61,273 bases of DNA. Origin: a virus (taxonomy: Duplodnaviria; Caudoviricetes). The position numbers and the translations under genes were made by a program. The stretch lies in IMG/VR virus record IMGVR_UViG_3300033145_000471, positions 1-61,273 of that record; one strand, 5' to 3'. The notes below the pieces were generated by a model, which had not been told where the DNA came from, made no database searches, and saw only the letters and a list, made by a program, of their open reading frames with translations. Every line of letters begins with the position of its first letter. Within the stretch, counting starts at the first letter, position 1. Positions 45,771 to 56,323 of the stretch are shown in pieces.

Positions 45771-46262
45771 ATGCAGACAGAAATGATGTTACGATTGCTG
45801 GCGAAAGACAGCAAGAGTCCGAGTGGATATAAGGTCGTTGGATATATGAAAACATACCTGCCAAGCGGCCAAAATGGTATGGTTATAAAAGTATCAGTAA
45901 AACCTACCGACGAAGATGTGGAATGGTGGGAAGTTGCTCCTTATATGGCGGATGATTACCAAGATTGGATCAGGCACAATGCCTCCGAGCTTGGCATCAA
46001 AGTCGGCGACGAGTGGTTTTTCGAGGGTGATTTATTCCGGGACAGCTTTACTGGTATAGTCTGGGAGCTTGTTTACAAGGGCGATAGCGGCTGGTGGATG
46101 CATGAGTACAGCGACGAGCGAATCTTCGAGCCGGAGCCGTTTTATGACACCTTTATTGATAGAGACGGTTCACTTAATGATAATCTTGACCTCATAGGCA
46201 ATATCCACGAACAGCCATCTATTCGGAAATCCCAGGATATTCAGAATGGAGACGAGACATGA
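45771..46262 (+). CDS. YopX-like protein
   Basis: FEGD...IGNIHE. Confidence 0.6.
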   Translation: MQTEMMLRLLAKDSKSPSGYKVVGYMKTYLPSGQNGMVIKVSVKPTDEDVEWWEVAPYMADDYQDWIRHNASELGIKVGDEWFFEGDLFRDSFTGIVWELVYKGDSGWWMHEYSDERIFEPEPFYDTFIDRDGSLNDNLDLIGNIHEQPSIRKSQDIQNGDET

Positions 46263-46509
46263 GTGAAAAATTAAAAGAAATCACGCTGGAAACCGACCGG
46301 CTTACTGTCACATTCACGCCCCAATGTCATATAAGTTACAGAACGATGAGGATAGTAGAAGACGCATTTTCCTCTTTAGCCCATATTATATTAATGATTG
46401 AGGAAATCGCTTCTATGCGCAACCATATCAGGGAATTGGAAACGAAATTATTTGATTACATGGAAGAAATATCGGAGCTAAATCGGCGGCTTGAAGAAAA
46501 GCGGGAAAA

Positions 46510-46770
46510 GTGAAATACTACATAATTCGTAAACTCGACAAGCACGACCACGATCTTCTATTTATTGAAGATACTGAACGTGACCGCTGTATCGGCTTTA
46601 TCGGCAAGAAAGAGCGCAATGGCAAGCGTACGATTGGCCTTGAACGTTGCCCGGTATGTGGACACGAAAATTGGGCGATGGCTGTAACAAGTGGTATATG
46701 TGCATGGTGTAACTGGGAAATCGACAGAAATGCAGTGTTGAAACTGGAGGAAAGCGATGCGAAAGGTTAA
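46510..46770 (+). CDS. Small zinc-ribbon protein
   Basis: RCPVCG.ENWAMAV.SG.CAWC. Confidence 0.55.
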   Translation: MKYYIIRKLDKHDHDLLFIEDTERDRCIGFIGKKERNGKRTIGLERCPVCGHENWAMAVTSGICAWCNWEIDRNAVLKLEESDAKG

Positions 46771-47420
46771 GTGTGGAAACTGCCCGTTAAAGAATAATAA
46801 TAGCCCGTACGCTGATAAAAAATAATTATACTGCACCGGGATGGACATCAAATGAACTATCACGCATGATGCGATACTACTCTCGGCTAAACTGGCTAGA
46901 ACACATACCATATGATGAATATAACTTTAACGAATTGCCATTATTTGAGGTGGATAATGGCCGTCGGTAAACCTGTCGAAAACATCTATAAGGAAAGGGA
47001 ATTAAAAAATGGATAGACTTACATCTCGTTTTTATTGCCCGCGATGCGAACAGGTGCAGGAATTTGATGTTTGGGGGAACAGTGAATTTGAATGTACTAA
47101 ATGTGGGCAAACCGGATATATAGTATTTGATGAGATGGATGATGAAGAAGAACCGAGAGATGACTAATTTGGAAAAGGGAGAATAATGTTATGGATAAGA
47201 TAATCTCTTATCCTGGCGAAGGTGTCAGCGAAGAAGAGTGGGCGCGTATCTTCCCGGCGGCGGAACCGGAGTTCTTCTGCGAGAACTGCGGGTGGCAGGG
47301 CAATAAGGCGCTTACAGAGAGAGCGGGCTTACTGCCCTGGCATGAGTGCCCGAAGTGCAGATGGAGCGTGAAACAGAAGATAACAGTGGGGGAACAGCGT
47401 GAACCGGGGGGAAACACAAC

Positions 47421-48023
47421 GTGAAACAGCTAATACTGCTTCTATTACTGATATTCGCAGCGGGGTGCGACGAACAGCAAGACCTAACACCATTCCGCTC
47501 ATTTATGCGATTCACGCTCCCCGAAACGTCAACAATAGAAAGTGCAAAACTCATCATCACCACCCGCCCTGACATGGTGGAAATGATACCTACGGGGATC
47601 GAGCGGGAAATCTATGGGGCGACAGAAGGGCGGTGGGTGCCGGTCGGTGATGATAGCATGGCAAAGCACTACCGGTGGGATGTTTATTTATTCAGCTATG
47701 CTTTCGCGCTCTACGGCATATCGTCACAGGACGTAACAGAAACTATGACTATTAACGCCTATGCCATGCCGATTTATCGCAACTATCCGAATGACGCCTT
47801 AGTGCTCAATAGGGGTGTCACCGGTTATGAACACCACGGTGACAAAATAAGAGCTGATATAAAGCTGGACCTGGTATTAAAGCTTGTGGAGCAGTCCATC
47901 GCCGATTCCGTTTTTAGGCGGCTAGACGATGCTATAAAAGCCCAAACATACATCACCGTGGAATATAATGACAACGGCGAACTTATGGCATTGATACCCG
48001 GAGCACACAATGACCCGCGATAG
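47421..48023 (+). CDS. Putative lipoprotein
   Basis: MKQLILLLLLIFAAGC lipobox. Confidence 0.6.
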   Translation: MKQLILLLLLIFAAGCDEQQDLTPFRSFMRFTLPETSTIESAKLIITTRPDMVEMIPTGIEREIYGATEGRWVPVGDDSMAKHYRWDVYLFSYAFALYGISSQDVTETMTINAYAMPIYRNYPNDALVLNRGVTGYEHHGDKIRADIKLDLVLKLVEQSIADSVFRRLDDAIKAQTYITVEYNDNGELMALIPGAHNDPR

Positions 48024-48354
48024 AACCTGCAGTGCCGGTGAGTACAACGGCTATCGTCCGCCGGTGGAGCAATTCAGCATCGATTTCGACATGCCGCTTG
48101 ACCTGGCACGCTGTCTCATCGGGCGCACCGAAGCGGAGACGGAGCGGAATATCGAAGCGATGAAGGAATATCTTGGGATGGTGGTCAATGAAAGCCAAAA
48201 AAGAAGGGTATAACATGGAATCCAATATCACCCTGCCGCAGGTACTTTGGGCGCTGGTGAGCGACCCGATATTCGTACTGTGTGCGGCCGGTGTATCTGT
48301 CGCCGTAGCCGCCCTGATAGTTGCGGCAATATTCATTCGATGGGAGTGGTGACG

Positions 48355-49632
48355 ATGGGGAAATCACCAGCGTTTCAGTTTTATCCAGAGGACTGGTTGA
48401 GCAACATCAAATTACAACTCTGTTCCATCACCGCACACGGCCTTTTGATTAACCTAATGTGCTATATGCACCAGTCAGAACGATACGGTTTTTTACTCAT
48501 AAACGGGTCAAGACCCGATCATAAAACGATCATGAACCTGTTAAGGATGCATCATAAAACGTTTATGCACTCTCTATCTGAACTCCTTTCTTGCGGCGTA
48601 TTGAAAGAGGATGAAAACGGGGTGCTGTATTGCAAGCGAATGGTTGAAGATAATGAAAAACGCGAACAAAGGTGCATATCTGGAGCAAAAGGAGGAAGTC
48701 CCAAGCTCGGCGTTAATTATAATAAACCCGGTTTTGTTTATATGATTAAAGATAGAAATGGGCTTATTAAAGTTGGTATAAGTGTTAATCCGGAAAAAAG
48801 GTTATACCGTATTAAGAAACAACTGAATGTGAAATTAGAGCTTATTGATAAGCAATGGGTGGAAGATATGGGGGAGATAGAGTCATATCTACACACTAAA
48901 TTATCAGATTACCAGAATTATGGAGAGTGGTATGAACTTCCCGATGAATTATGCACCTTAAGCGTTCTCCTTAAGGGGAAGACAAAGGTGACCCCAACCC
49001 CTTCTTCTTCATCTTCTTCTTCTACTTCAAGTAAAGAAAAGAATACTCTATCGAGTATTCCAAAAGAAAGCGCGCGCCCGAAGTCGAAACCTGAACCGAA
49101 AAAGCATTACGGCGAATACGTACTTATGACGCCGGCACAGCATCAAAAGTTGATTGACGATTACGGCGAATCAACAGTGCAGGAATACATCGACAGGATG
49201 AATGAGCATGTCGGCAGCAAGGGAACGAGATATAAGTCCCACTATCACACGGCGAAAGTGTGGATGCGCAAGGACGGCATCACGCCACGTGAGAAAAAAC
49301 CACAGCCGCAACCGCCGAAAGAGAATCCTTCCCTGAAAGCCTACGAATCCCTGAAAGCGAAGTGCTCCACCAAGACCCTTGAATGGTTCCGAACGAAAAT
49401 CATTGACCCGTGTGCAGATATAAAGCCGTCGAGCAGATTCTATATCGAGCCGCTAATTCCGGTCAAATCGACGGGAACAGAAAAACTACTTGTCCTTGCC
49501 GCGCCCGACGGAGAACACGCGTCCTGGGTGCGGGAGTATTATCAGGACATCATTGAGGAAGCGCTGAAAGAAGTAAATACGAAAGGCTACCGTGTGGAAA
49601 TCAAGGATGCTGAAAAGGTGAAGGCGCAATGA
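48355..49632 (+). CDS. Replication initiator (DUF1376/YdaU-like N-terminus) with an internal GIY-YIG-like domain
   Basis: PAFQFYP.DW, GGSP; insert GFVYMI...IKVGIS.NPEKR...GEWY; YKSHY C-terminal domain. Confidence 0.75.
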   Translation: MGKSPAFQFYPEDWLSNIKLQLCSITAHGLLINLMCYMHQSERYGFLLINGSRPDHKTIMNLLRMHHKTFMHSLSELLSCGVLKEDENGVLYCKRMVEDNEKREQRCISGAKGGSPKLGVNYNKPGFVYMIKDRNGLIKVGISVNPEKRLYRIKKQLNVKLELIDKQWVEDMGEIESYLHTKLSDYQNYGEWYELPDELCTLSVLLKGKTKVTPTPSSSSSSSTSSKEKNTLSSIPKESARPKSKPEPKKHYGEYVLMTPAQHQKLIDDYGESTVQEYIDRMNEHVGSKGTRYKSHYHTAKVWMRKDGITPREKKPQPQPPKENPSLKAYESLKAKCSTKTLEWFRTKIIDPCADIKPSSRFYIEPLIPVKSTGTEKLLVLAAPDGEHASWVREYYQDIIEEALKEVNTKGYRVEIKDAEKVKAQ

Positions 49633-50672
49633 CCCTCGGCAGCCTGTTCTCAGGGATCGGCGGATTCGAGCTCGGCTTGCTCCAATCTGGTCTCATAACC
49701 GAAGTGAAATGGCAGGTGGAAATTGACGGATATTGTAGAAAAGTCCTTGAATGGCACTTCCCGGAAACCAAACGATACGTTGACATCCGGGACTGTGGGG
49801 AACATAACCTCGAACCAGTTGACGTTATTTGCGGCGGATTCCCATGCCAGCCTTTTTCCGTCGCCGGGAAGCGAAAAGGCAAGGGGGATGACCGTCACCT
49901 CTGGCCGGAAATGTTACGAATATGCCGATCCCTCCAACCCGCTCTCATCCTTGTTGAGAATGTTCCTGGTCTCCTCAGTATGGCGGAGTCCCGAAGCGAT
50001 GTTAGAGTGGAAGGTAGTACCGTATTACGAACGCCGGAGGCTGACTATTACGACGGTGTACACTCATTTCAGGAGCGAATGCTATTCGGAGCGATCCTCG
50101 ACGATCTCGAAGAAGCAGGATATTGGACGCTGCCGCTTGTTATACCGGCTTGCGCCGTCGGTGCGAACCACAGGCGGGACAGGGTGTTCGTTATTGCCTA
50201 CAATCCGAAGTCACGAAGTCGGGGATTATCAGTACAGCCGGGGCGACCACGACAGGCCAGTGATGACGTTGACGGGAACGGTAAAGGCACTCATGCCGAC
50301 TCCAACAACCCCGAGACCGCACGACAGCGAAAATACAGTGGGGAAATATTACCCATCACAGAAGCAGAAAGATTTGATTTACGCATTGGCACTTCTGCCG
50401 ACGCCTCATGCGAACTGCTCGACGGGAGCGGGAGAGAAAGGCGAGGGTGGGCCGAATTTACAGACAGCGGTTACTATGTTGAATGCACCGACGGGAAACT
50501 CCGCCGGCTGCCCTCTGGATTTTATTGGTCTGGTCGAATGGATGATGGGCGTGGAGATAGAATACACAAACTCCGTGCCCTCGGCAACGCCGTCCACGTC
50601 GGTGTCGCCTATGAAATCGGCACGATAATCAAGGAGTGGATGGAAGAAAAAGGAAAGGTAGAAATGATATGA
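49629..50672 (+). CDS. DNA cytosine-5 methyltransferase, alpha-type chain
   Basis: SLFSGIGG, GGFPCQ.FS, ENVPG, HRRDRVF, LRALGNAV. Confidence 0.92.
   Translation: MTLGSLFSGIGGFELGLLQSGLITEVKWQVEIDGYCRKVLEWHFPETKRYVDIRDCGEHNLEPVDVICGGFPCQPFSVAGKRKGKGDDRHLWPEMLRICRSLQPALILVENVPGLLSMAESRSDVRVEGSTVLRTPEADYYDGVHSFQERMLFGAILDDLEEAGYWTLPLVIPACAVGANHRRDRVFVIAYNPKSRSRGLSVQPGRPRQASDDVDGNGKGTHADSNNPETARQRKYSGEILPITEAERFDLRIGTSADASCELLDGSGRERRGWAEFTDSGYYVECTDGKLRRLPSGFYWSGRMDDGRGDRIHKLRALGNAVHVGVAYEIGTIIKEWMEEKGKVEMI
49888..50628 (+). CDS. Nested alternative-frame ORF, putative MTase beta chain (TRD plus motif IX)
   Basis: LPT/MPTP/LPTP repeats and VEWMMG; ATG preceded by AAGGGGG; frame open from 49723. 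Confidence 0.65.
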   Translation: MTVTSGRKCYEYADPSNPLSSLLRMFLVSSVWRSPEAMLEWKVVPYYERRRLTITTVYTHFRSECYSERSSTISKKQDIGRCRLLYRLAPSVRTTGGTGCSLLPTIRSHEVGDYQYSRGDHDRPVMTLTGTVKALMPTPTTPRPHDSENTVGKYYPSQKQKDLIYALALLPTPHANCSTGAGEKGEGGPNLQTAVTMLNAPTGNSAGCPLDFIGLVEWMMGVEIEYTNSVPSATPSTSVSPMKSAR

Positions 50673-50724
50673 CCATACTTGCGATTGTACTTGCGATAGT
50701 GATAGCGGGCTGCGGGGCATCGCT

Positions 50725-51099
50725 ATGAGTAAAGGACTGTCCCCTGTCCAGCGCACTATGCGGGCGCTCCGTGATCAGGGTGTCATCTGTGGAATCGTGG
50801 AACGCTGGAATCAGCACGTCGGCCCCTTTGGTATTAGGCAAGACCTGTTCGGCATTGTCGACATCCTTGCCCTGGACCCCGAACGCGGCTTCATCGGGAT
50901 ACAGGCATGTGGGCAGGATTTCGCGGCTCACGTTAGGAAACTTACAGAGGAACGCGCCCAAGAGTGTATCGACTGGCTGGAGACGCCTGGCGGGGTGCTC
51001 GAACTATGGGGTTGGCGAAAAATATTAAAAAACAGAGGAGGAAAACAAAAATTATGGACGCCAAGAATAAAGGAGATAACCCTTGAAGATTTTAGATAA
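50725..51099 (+). CDS. PD-(D/E)XK nuclease, resolvase-like
   Basis: VERWN...RQDLFG.VDILAL....IGIQ. Confidence 0.7.
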   Translation: MSKGLSPVQRTMRALRDQGVICGIVERWNQHVGPFGIRQDLFGIVDILALDPERGFIGIQACGQDFAAHVRKLTEERAQECIDWLETPGGVLELWGWRKILKNRGGKQKLWTPRIKEITLEDFR

Positions 51100-51697
51100 A
51101 AATGTTCCATATGGTTATTGTCATTGTGGTTGTGGGGGAAAAACAAAAATAATCAAATGGTCTGATAAAACAAAAGGTCTTATTAGGGGCGAACCTCATA
51201 GATATATAATGGGGCATTCAAGCAGATGTTTAAATTGGGGAAGAAAGATTATTAATAAAGACGGCCGCTTAATGATTTACAACCCTAAACACCATAGAGC
51301 AACAAGTAATGGCTATGTATTTAATCACATACTTGTGGTTGAAAAAGCAACGGGAATTAAAATTACTAAAATATATCACATACACCATATAAACCAAGAT
51401 AAAACAGACGATAAACCCTCTAATTTGGTTCTTTGCCCTTCTGCTAAATATCATCATTTGCTACACCAGAGACAACGAGCAAAAAATAAATGTGGAAATC
51501 CAAACTGGAGAAAATGCCAATATTGCCAGCAATATGATAAACCAGCAAACCTATTTATTGCAAAAAAATCTATTTATCACAATCAATGTAAAGCAAAACA
51601 CAAAAGAGAAACAAGGCAAAGCAAGGCCATGAGGTGGAAGCCGAGGGTTAGAGAATTTACACTTGCGGATTTTGGATGTAGCGGTGAAGGAGAATGA
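51083..51697 (+). CDS. HNH homing endonuclease
   Basis: CHCGCG, H..V.E, IHHIN.DK.DD...NL; AT-rich. Confidence 0.8.
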   Translation: MKILDKNVPYGYCHCGCGGKTKIIKWSDKTKGLIRGEPHRYIMGHSSRCLNWGRKIINKDGRLMIYNPKHHRATSNGYVFNHILVVEKATGIKITKIYHIHHINQDKTDDKPSNLVLCPSAKYHHLLHQRQRAKNKCGNPNWRKCQYCQQYDKPANLFIAKKSIYHNQCKAKHKRETRQSKAMRWKPRVREFTLADFGCSGEGE

Positions 51698-52340
51698 GTG
51701 ATGTATAAAAATATTGATGTAAAAGATTGTGATCATTCCACAACAGAGACCGAAGAACCCATTATTAAAATTCTAATGAGGATCGAGAACAATCTTGGGG
51801 GCATTCTCGGAGCCTGCCTTTTCGCCGCGTTTTTGCTTGCAGTAATACTCATAAAATTGTCTTTAGCATTGTAGGGAGATCAGGCGATGGAGAAAAATGA
51901 ATTGCTTTTTGCCCTCACGCAACTTGAAAGAAGCGCGGCGGCATTGAGAACAAAGGTTGCTAAAATGAACGAAATAGACCCCAAGAGGTTTATGCCCCAG
52001 GAGAGATTAATTATATGGACTGGAATTATGATTGAGCCTTTTGATGACGCGACAGGGCTATTGGACGTGGAAAAGATGATGAAAATAAACGCAAAAGAAT
52101 GGGAGTTATGAAAATGAAAATCCGGGAACGAATATTTAAAAAAAGCGCCCCTCCTTTCAATGTGAACCCGCTGCCACCGAACGTCAAGCCGCCGAAACCG
52201 CCGCCGGCACCGCCAGAACCAAACAGGGGAAGTATAGTTTTTCGGATAACCAAACAGTCGCCGGGCACGGTAATAGTAAATGGCGAGGACGTGATAATAA
52301 TTCGCGGGATTTCTTTAAAAAGCTTGGAGGCAAACACTAA

Positions 52341-53297
52341 ATGAACTGGCGCGACAAGACAATCCTTATCACCGGCGGCACGGGATCGTTCGGCAGGAAA
52401 TTCACCGAGGTCATGCTGAACGATTACCACCCCCGCAAGCTCATCATCCTGAGCCGCGACGAAGAAAAACAGCGAGCCATGAAAGACACGTACGATCATC
52501 CGACGCTGCGGTTTTTCATCGGCGACATTCGTGAGCGGCGGCGTATGTTCCGCGCTTTTGAAGGTGTTGACATCGTCGTACATGCCGCCGCTCTCAAACA
52601 AGTGCCGTCATGCGAGTACAACCCACTCGAAGCCGTCCGCACGAACATCGACGGCGCGGCAAACATCATTGAGGCCGCACTTGACCAGAAGGTAGAGCGT
52701 CTTATCGCCATCAGCACCGACAAGGCCGTGAACCCGGTCAATCTCTATGGCGGGACCAAGCTGGTCATGGAAAAGCTATTCGTTCAGGCCAACTCATACA
52801 AGGGCAGACGCGACATTGCATTCTCATGCACCCGCTACGGTAACGTTATCGGCAGCAGGGGCAGTATCGTCCCGGTCTTTCAGAAACAACGCGAGACAGG
52901 GCGGCTCACAATCACCGACAAGCGCATGACGCGGTTCTGGCTGACGCTCGATGAGGGCGTGCGGTTCGTTATTCACTGTCTCGAAATCATGCGCGGCGGC
53001 GAAATATTCGTGCCGAAAATTCCGAGTATGCGGATTATCGACCTTGCCGATTCAATCGCGCCGGAATGCGAGCAAATAGTTACCGGCATACGGCCGGGCG
53101 AGAAATTGCACGAGGTGCTTATTTCACGCGATGAGGCACGGCACACGCTCGAATTTGATGATATGTTTGTTGTCAAGCCGCTGTTTCGCTGGTGGGGTGG
53201 GAACGACAGTCAGGCCGGCGAGCCGGTGCCGGAAGGATTCGAGTATCGGAGCGACACAAATCCTCAAAAGGTGATGGGAGAAATGTTAAATGTCTGA
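52341..53297 (+). CDS. pseB: UDP-N-acetylglucosamine 4,6-dehydratase (inverting)
   Basis: ITGGTGSFG, HAAALKQVP..EYNP, STDKA.NP.NLYG.TK, RYGNV.GSRGS, MTRFW, GIRPGEKLHE. Confidence 0.92.
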   Translation: MNWRDKTILITGGTGSFGRKFTEVMLNDYHPRKLIILSRDEEKQRAMKDTYDHPTLRFFIGDIRERRRMFRAFEGVDIVVHAAALKQVPSCEYNPLEAVRTNIDGAANIIEAALDQKVERLIAISTDKAVNPVNLYGGTKLVMEKLFVQANSYKGRRDIAFSCTRYGNVIGSRGSIVPVFQKQRETGRLTITDKRMTRFWLTLDEGVRFVIHCLEIMRGGEIFVPKIPSMRIIDLADSIAPECEQIVTGIRPGEKLHEVLISRDEARHTLEFDDMFVVKPLFRWWGGNDSQAGEPVPEGFEYRSDTNPQKVMGEMLNV

Positions 53298-54369
53298 AAA
53301 GCTCGCAATAAACGGTGGTAAACCAGTCCGCAGTGAATTCTTACCATACGCCCGTCAGCAGATTGACAATGCGGATGTTGTGTATATGAATCAGGCGGTG
53401 CGGTCTGACAGGATTACTACCGGCGAATGGGTGGAGAAGTATGAAAACGCTTTTGCCGAATACCACGGTGCGAAATATGGTATAGCGGTGAGTTCGGGGA
53501 CGGCGGCGCTGATGATAGTATACAAGCTGTTATTTTGGGGCCATTTCAGGCATTTAATCATATCACCCTTGACTTTCACGGCATCAGTGAACGTGGCATG
53601 GGGTTTATGCAGTATAGAATTCAGGGACATCAACAGGAATACGCTGTTTATAGAAAACGATTCATGTCCGAACGAACACGCTGTAACCGTTTTGATTGAT
53701 TACGCCGGTCACAAAGATGAGCGCTTTTGTACCGTTCGCGACGCCTGCCACTCAATAGGGATGCCGTTTGGTAATTCCACAATCTCCTGCTACAGCACCC
53801 ATGCCGTCAAAAACATCACTACCGGCGAGGGCGGAATGATATTAACAAACGATGAAATCATCGCCGGGCAATGCCGCCGCTTCCGCGACCACGGGCGTGA
53901 TGCTACAGGCGACATGGTGGAATTCGGCTATAACTTCCGCCTGCCGGACATCAATTGCGCTCTCGGCTGGTCACAACTACAGAAACTTGGCGGCTGGATT
54001 CAGAGGCGCCGCGAGATCGCACAGACGTACAAGGACGCTTTCGCCGATGTGGACGGGATAACGCTTCCGGCGATACCACTCGACGAATCGTCCTGGCACC
54101 TGTTCCCGATACTGGTAGAGAACCGCGACAGGGTCAGGGTGGCATTAGAGGCGGAGAACATCGGCACGCAGATACATTACAGGCCGGTGTATTACCACAC
54201 GTACTATCAAAATCTTGGGTATAAGCGGGGGCTGTGCCCGAACGCGGAGTGGATATACGAACGGATTCTGTCGATACCGCTGTTCCCGGCGATGGCTGAC
54301 GATGACGTGCAGGACGTGATAACGGCGGTGAAGAAGGTTGTTCAATTTTACAGGGAGACAATCAGGTGA
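53290..54369 (+). CDS. pseC: PLP-dependent sugar aminotransferase (DegT/DnrJ family)
   Basis: VSSGTAAL, DACHS.G, S.H.VKNITTGEGG, GYNFR, Q.HY.PV; follows pseB. Confidence 0.85.
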   Translation: MSEKLAINGGKPVRSEFLPYARQQIDNADVVYMNQAVRSDRITTGEWVEKYENAFAEYHGAKYGIAVSSGTAALMIVYKLLFWGHFRHLIISPLTFTASVNVAWGLCSIEFRDINRNTLFIENDSCPNEHAVTVLIDYAGHKDERFCTVRDACHSIGMPFGNSTISCYSTHAVKNITTGEGGMILTNDEIIAGQCRRFRDHGRDATGDMVEFGYNFRLPDINCALGWSQLQKLGGWIQRRREIAQTYKDAFADVDGITLPAIPLDESSWHLFPILVENRDRVRVALEAENIGTQIHYRPVYYHTYYQNLGYKRGLCPNAEWIYERILSIPLFPAMADDDVQDVITAVKKVVQFYRETIR

Positions 54370-54576
54370 AAGTTACAGTAGAGGTTAAGGTTTATGCTGC
54401 GAATAAAAATATTTTAAGACCAGTGGCCAAACCCATGATACTTGAATCATGGGGTAACACAAATCTTACAAGAGTTGTTAGAATTAGCCTGCCAGACGGT
54501 ATAAGTTTGTGTGCGGACATTGATGAATTGTATAACGCACTTTATGCAATAGATAAGGCGGTCAATGAAGGGGGAA

Positions 54577-54804
54577 ATGATGATGCAAGGCTGGCTCCGG
54601 CCCAAGAATGCGGCTGAGTACTGCAACGTGTCAACCCGCACGATACACGAGTGGATGAAACTCGGACTTCGACATTCAAAAATGCGGGGCGCCGTGCTTA
54701 TCAAGGTCGAATGGATTGATGAATTTCTGGAACAGCGCGAACAGAAATCAGATGCCGACACGATTGTCGATGAAGTCGTGAAGGATATCAGAAAGCGAGG
54801 GTAG
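54577..54804 (+). CDS. Excisionase-like HTH protein
   Basis: WLRPKNAAEYCNVSTRTIHEWMKLGL. Confidence 0.75.
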   Translation: MMMQGWLRPKNAAEYCNVSTRTIHEWMKLGLRHSKMRGAVLIKVEWIDEFLEQREQKSDADTIVDEVVKDIRKRG

Positions 54805-54807
54805 TCT

Positions 54808-55342
54808 ATGACGGAAATTCCTGAAAACAAATATCTCGGCAAGCTATGTAAGCGCGGGCACGACTGGAACGGGACGGGGAAGAGTTTACGGTATAAAAGT
54901 GGGGCGTGTGTTAAATGCACGGCAGAAACGTACAGGAAATGGCGCAAAAACAATCCAGAGAAAGTGAAAGAAAACGATAGGAGGTGGTACAGAAACAATC
55001 CAGAGAAAGTGAAAGAAAGGAGCAAAAGGTGGAAAAGAAACAATCCAGAGAAAGTGAAAGAAAGTGAAAGAAAACGATAGGAGGTGGTACAGAAACAATC
55101 CAGAGAAAGTGAGGGAAAAAGCAATAAAATGGCGCAAAAACAATCCAGAGAAAATGAAAGAAAACAATAGGAGGCGGTGCAAGGGAAACCGAGAAAGACT
55201 AAAAGATTGTTATATTAAGCGGCTTCTGTGTGGCGGCGAACACTCATTACGCGCCAAAGACATCCCGCCAGAACTCATTGAAATAAAGCGCGCCCAACTC
55301 AAACTACACCGTTACTTAAGGGAGGATTCAAATGTCTCATAA
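54808..55342 (+). pseudogene. Repeat-containing (NNPEKVKE) gene split by a 10-nt duplication
   Basis: Two consecutive ORFs share a 15-aa repeat; AAAGTGAAAG duplicated at 55051-55070. Confidence 0.7.
54949..55160 (+). repeat. Five copies of a 45-nt coding tandem repeat
   Basis: CAATCCAGAGAAA at 54951, 54996, 55041, 55096, 55141. Confidence 0.9.
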
Positions 55343-55565
55343 GCTCATTACACCCGAAGGCAAGGAAATCACCTGCATTGAAAACATCAATGATTTAAGG
55401 ATATCGCTCTGTGAAACCTACGACCAAGTGCGCGCCGGTGTCATTGAAAGGGCGCAAGCGGAAGCCCTGTCAAATGTGGCGGGCAAAATCATATCGACCC
55501 TCAAGGTTGAACTGGTGAACGCCAAACTCAAAAACGAAACACCCCAAATCGGATTTATTGAATAA
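55332..55565 (+). CDS. Hypothetical protein
   Basis: GGAGG RBS; stop overlaps the next start. Confidence 0.6.
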   Translation: MSHKLITPEGKEITCIENINDLRISLCETYDQVRAGVIERAQAEALSNVAGKIISTLKVELVNAKLKNETPQIGFIE

Positions 55566-56323
55566 TGACCGGTGCAATCATACAGGCATCCATGCTGTCA
55601 AAGCGGCTGCCCGGCAAGTCGCTCATGGACATCGGCGGCAAGTCCATGCTTACCCGCATTGTAGAGCGAGTCAGGCGGGCGAAAAGCGTGGGCAAGATCG
55701 TTGTGGCAACGACGAAACACAAGAAAGACGATGCGATAGCCGAAGAATGCGGACGGCTGAACATTGGATTTATCAGAGGTGTTCGCAAACAGGTGTTGCA
55801 TGACTACTATGCGGCGGCTCACGTGTTCAGCATCGACCCGGCCATCCGCATCACCGGCGACTGTCCGCTTATCGACCCGTATGTGATCGACGCCATTGTC
55901 AAGGTGTTCATGTCCGACGAGTACGACTACGTGTCGAATATCCCGAACCTGTTTGGCCGCACCCTGCCGCGCGGTCTTGACGTGGAGGTCATATCGTTCA
56001 CGACGCTGAAATGGCTGCATGAGAACATCACGCCCGAAAAGCTCGGTGACGAGTTCCACAAGGATTACGTCGAGCACGTCACGTTTTATATCCGCGAGAA
56101 TCCCGACAAATTCAAGGCGGCAATGGTCAAGAACAGCTTTGCGATGTACCGGTGGACGGTCGACCGACAGAATGAACTCGACTTTGTGAGGAAGATATAT
56201 GACGAGATGGGCGACAGTGAATTCACGTGGATTGATGTGATAAGATTTCTGAACGATCACCCGGAGTTGATTATAACCGAAACCGCCGAAAGCCAGGCGA
56301 CCGTGAAAGGAGGCGTGTGGTGA
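55565..56323 (+). CDS. SpsF/PseF-like acylneuraminate cytidylyltransferase
   Basis: IIQA.M.S.RLPGK, RITGDCPLIDP, P.GLDVEV, EHVT.YI, RWTVD. Confidence 0.88.
   Translation: MTGAIIQASMLSKRLPGKSLMDIGGKSMLTRIVERVRRAKSVGKIVVATTKHKKDDAIAEECGRLNIGFIRGVRKQVLHDYYAAAHVFSIDPAIRITGDCPLIDPYVIDAIVKVFMSDEYDYVSNIPNLFGRTLPRGLDVEVISFTTLKWLHENITPEKLGDEFHKDYVEHVTFYIRENPDKFKAAMVKNSFAMYRWTVDRQNELDFVRKIYDEMGDSEFTWIDVIRFLNDHPELIITETAESQATVKGGVW

Noticed and set aside
54949-55160. CRISPR-like repeat
   Set aside because: The 45-nt period is a multiple of 3 and encodes a 15-aa protein repeat; there are no unique spacers
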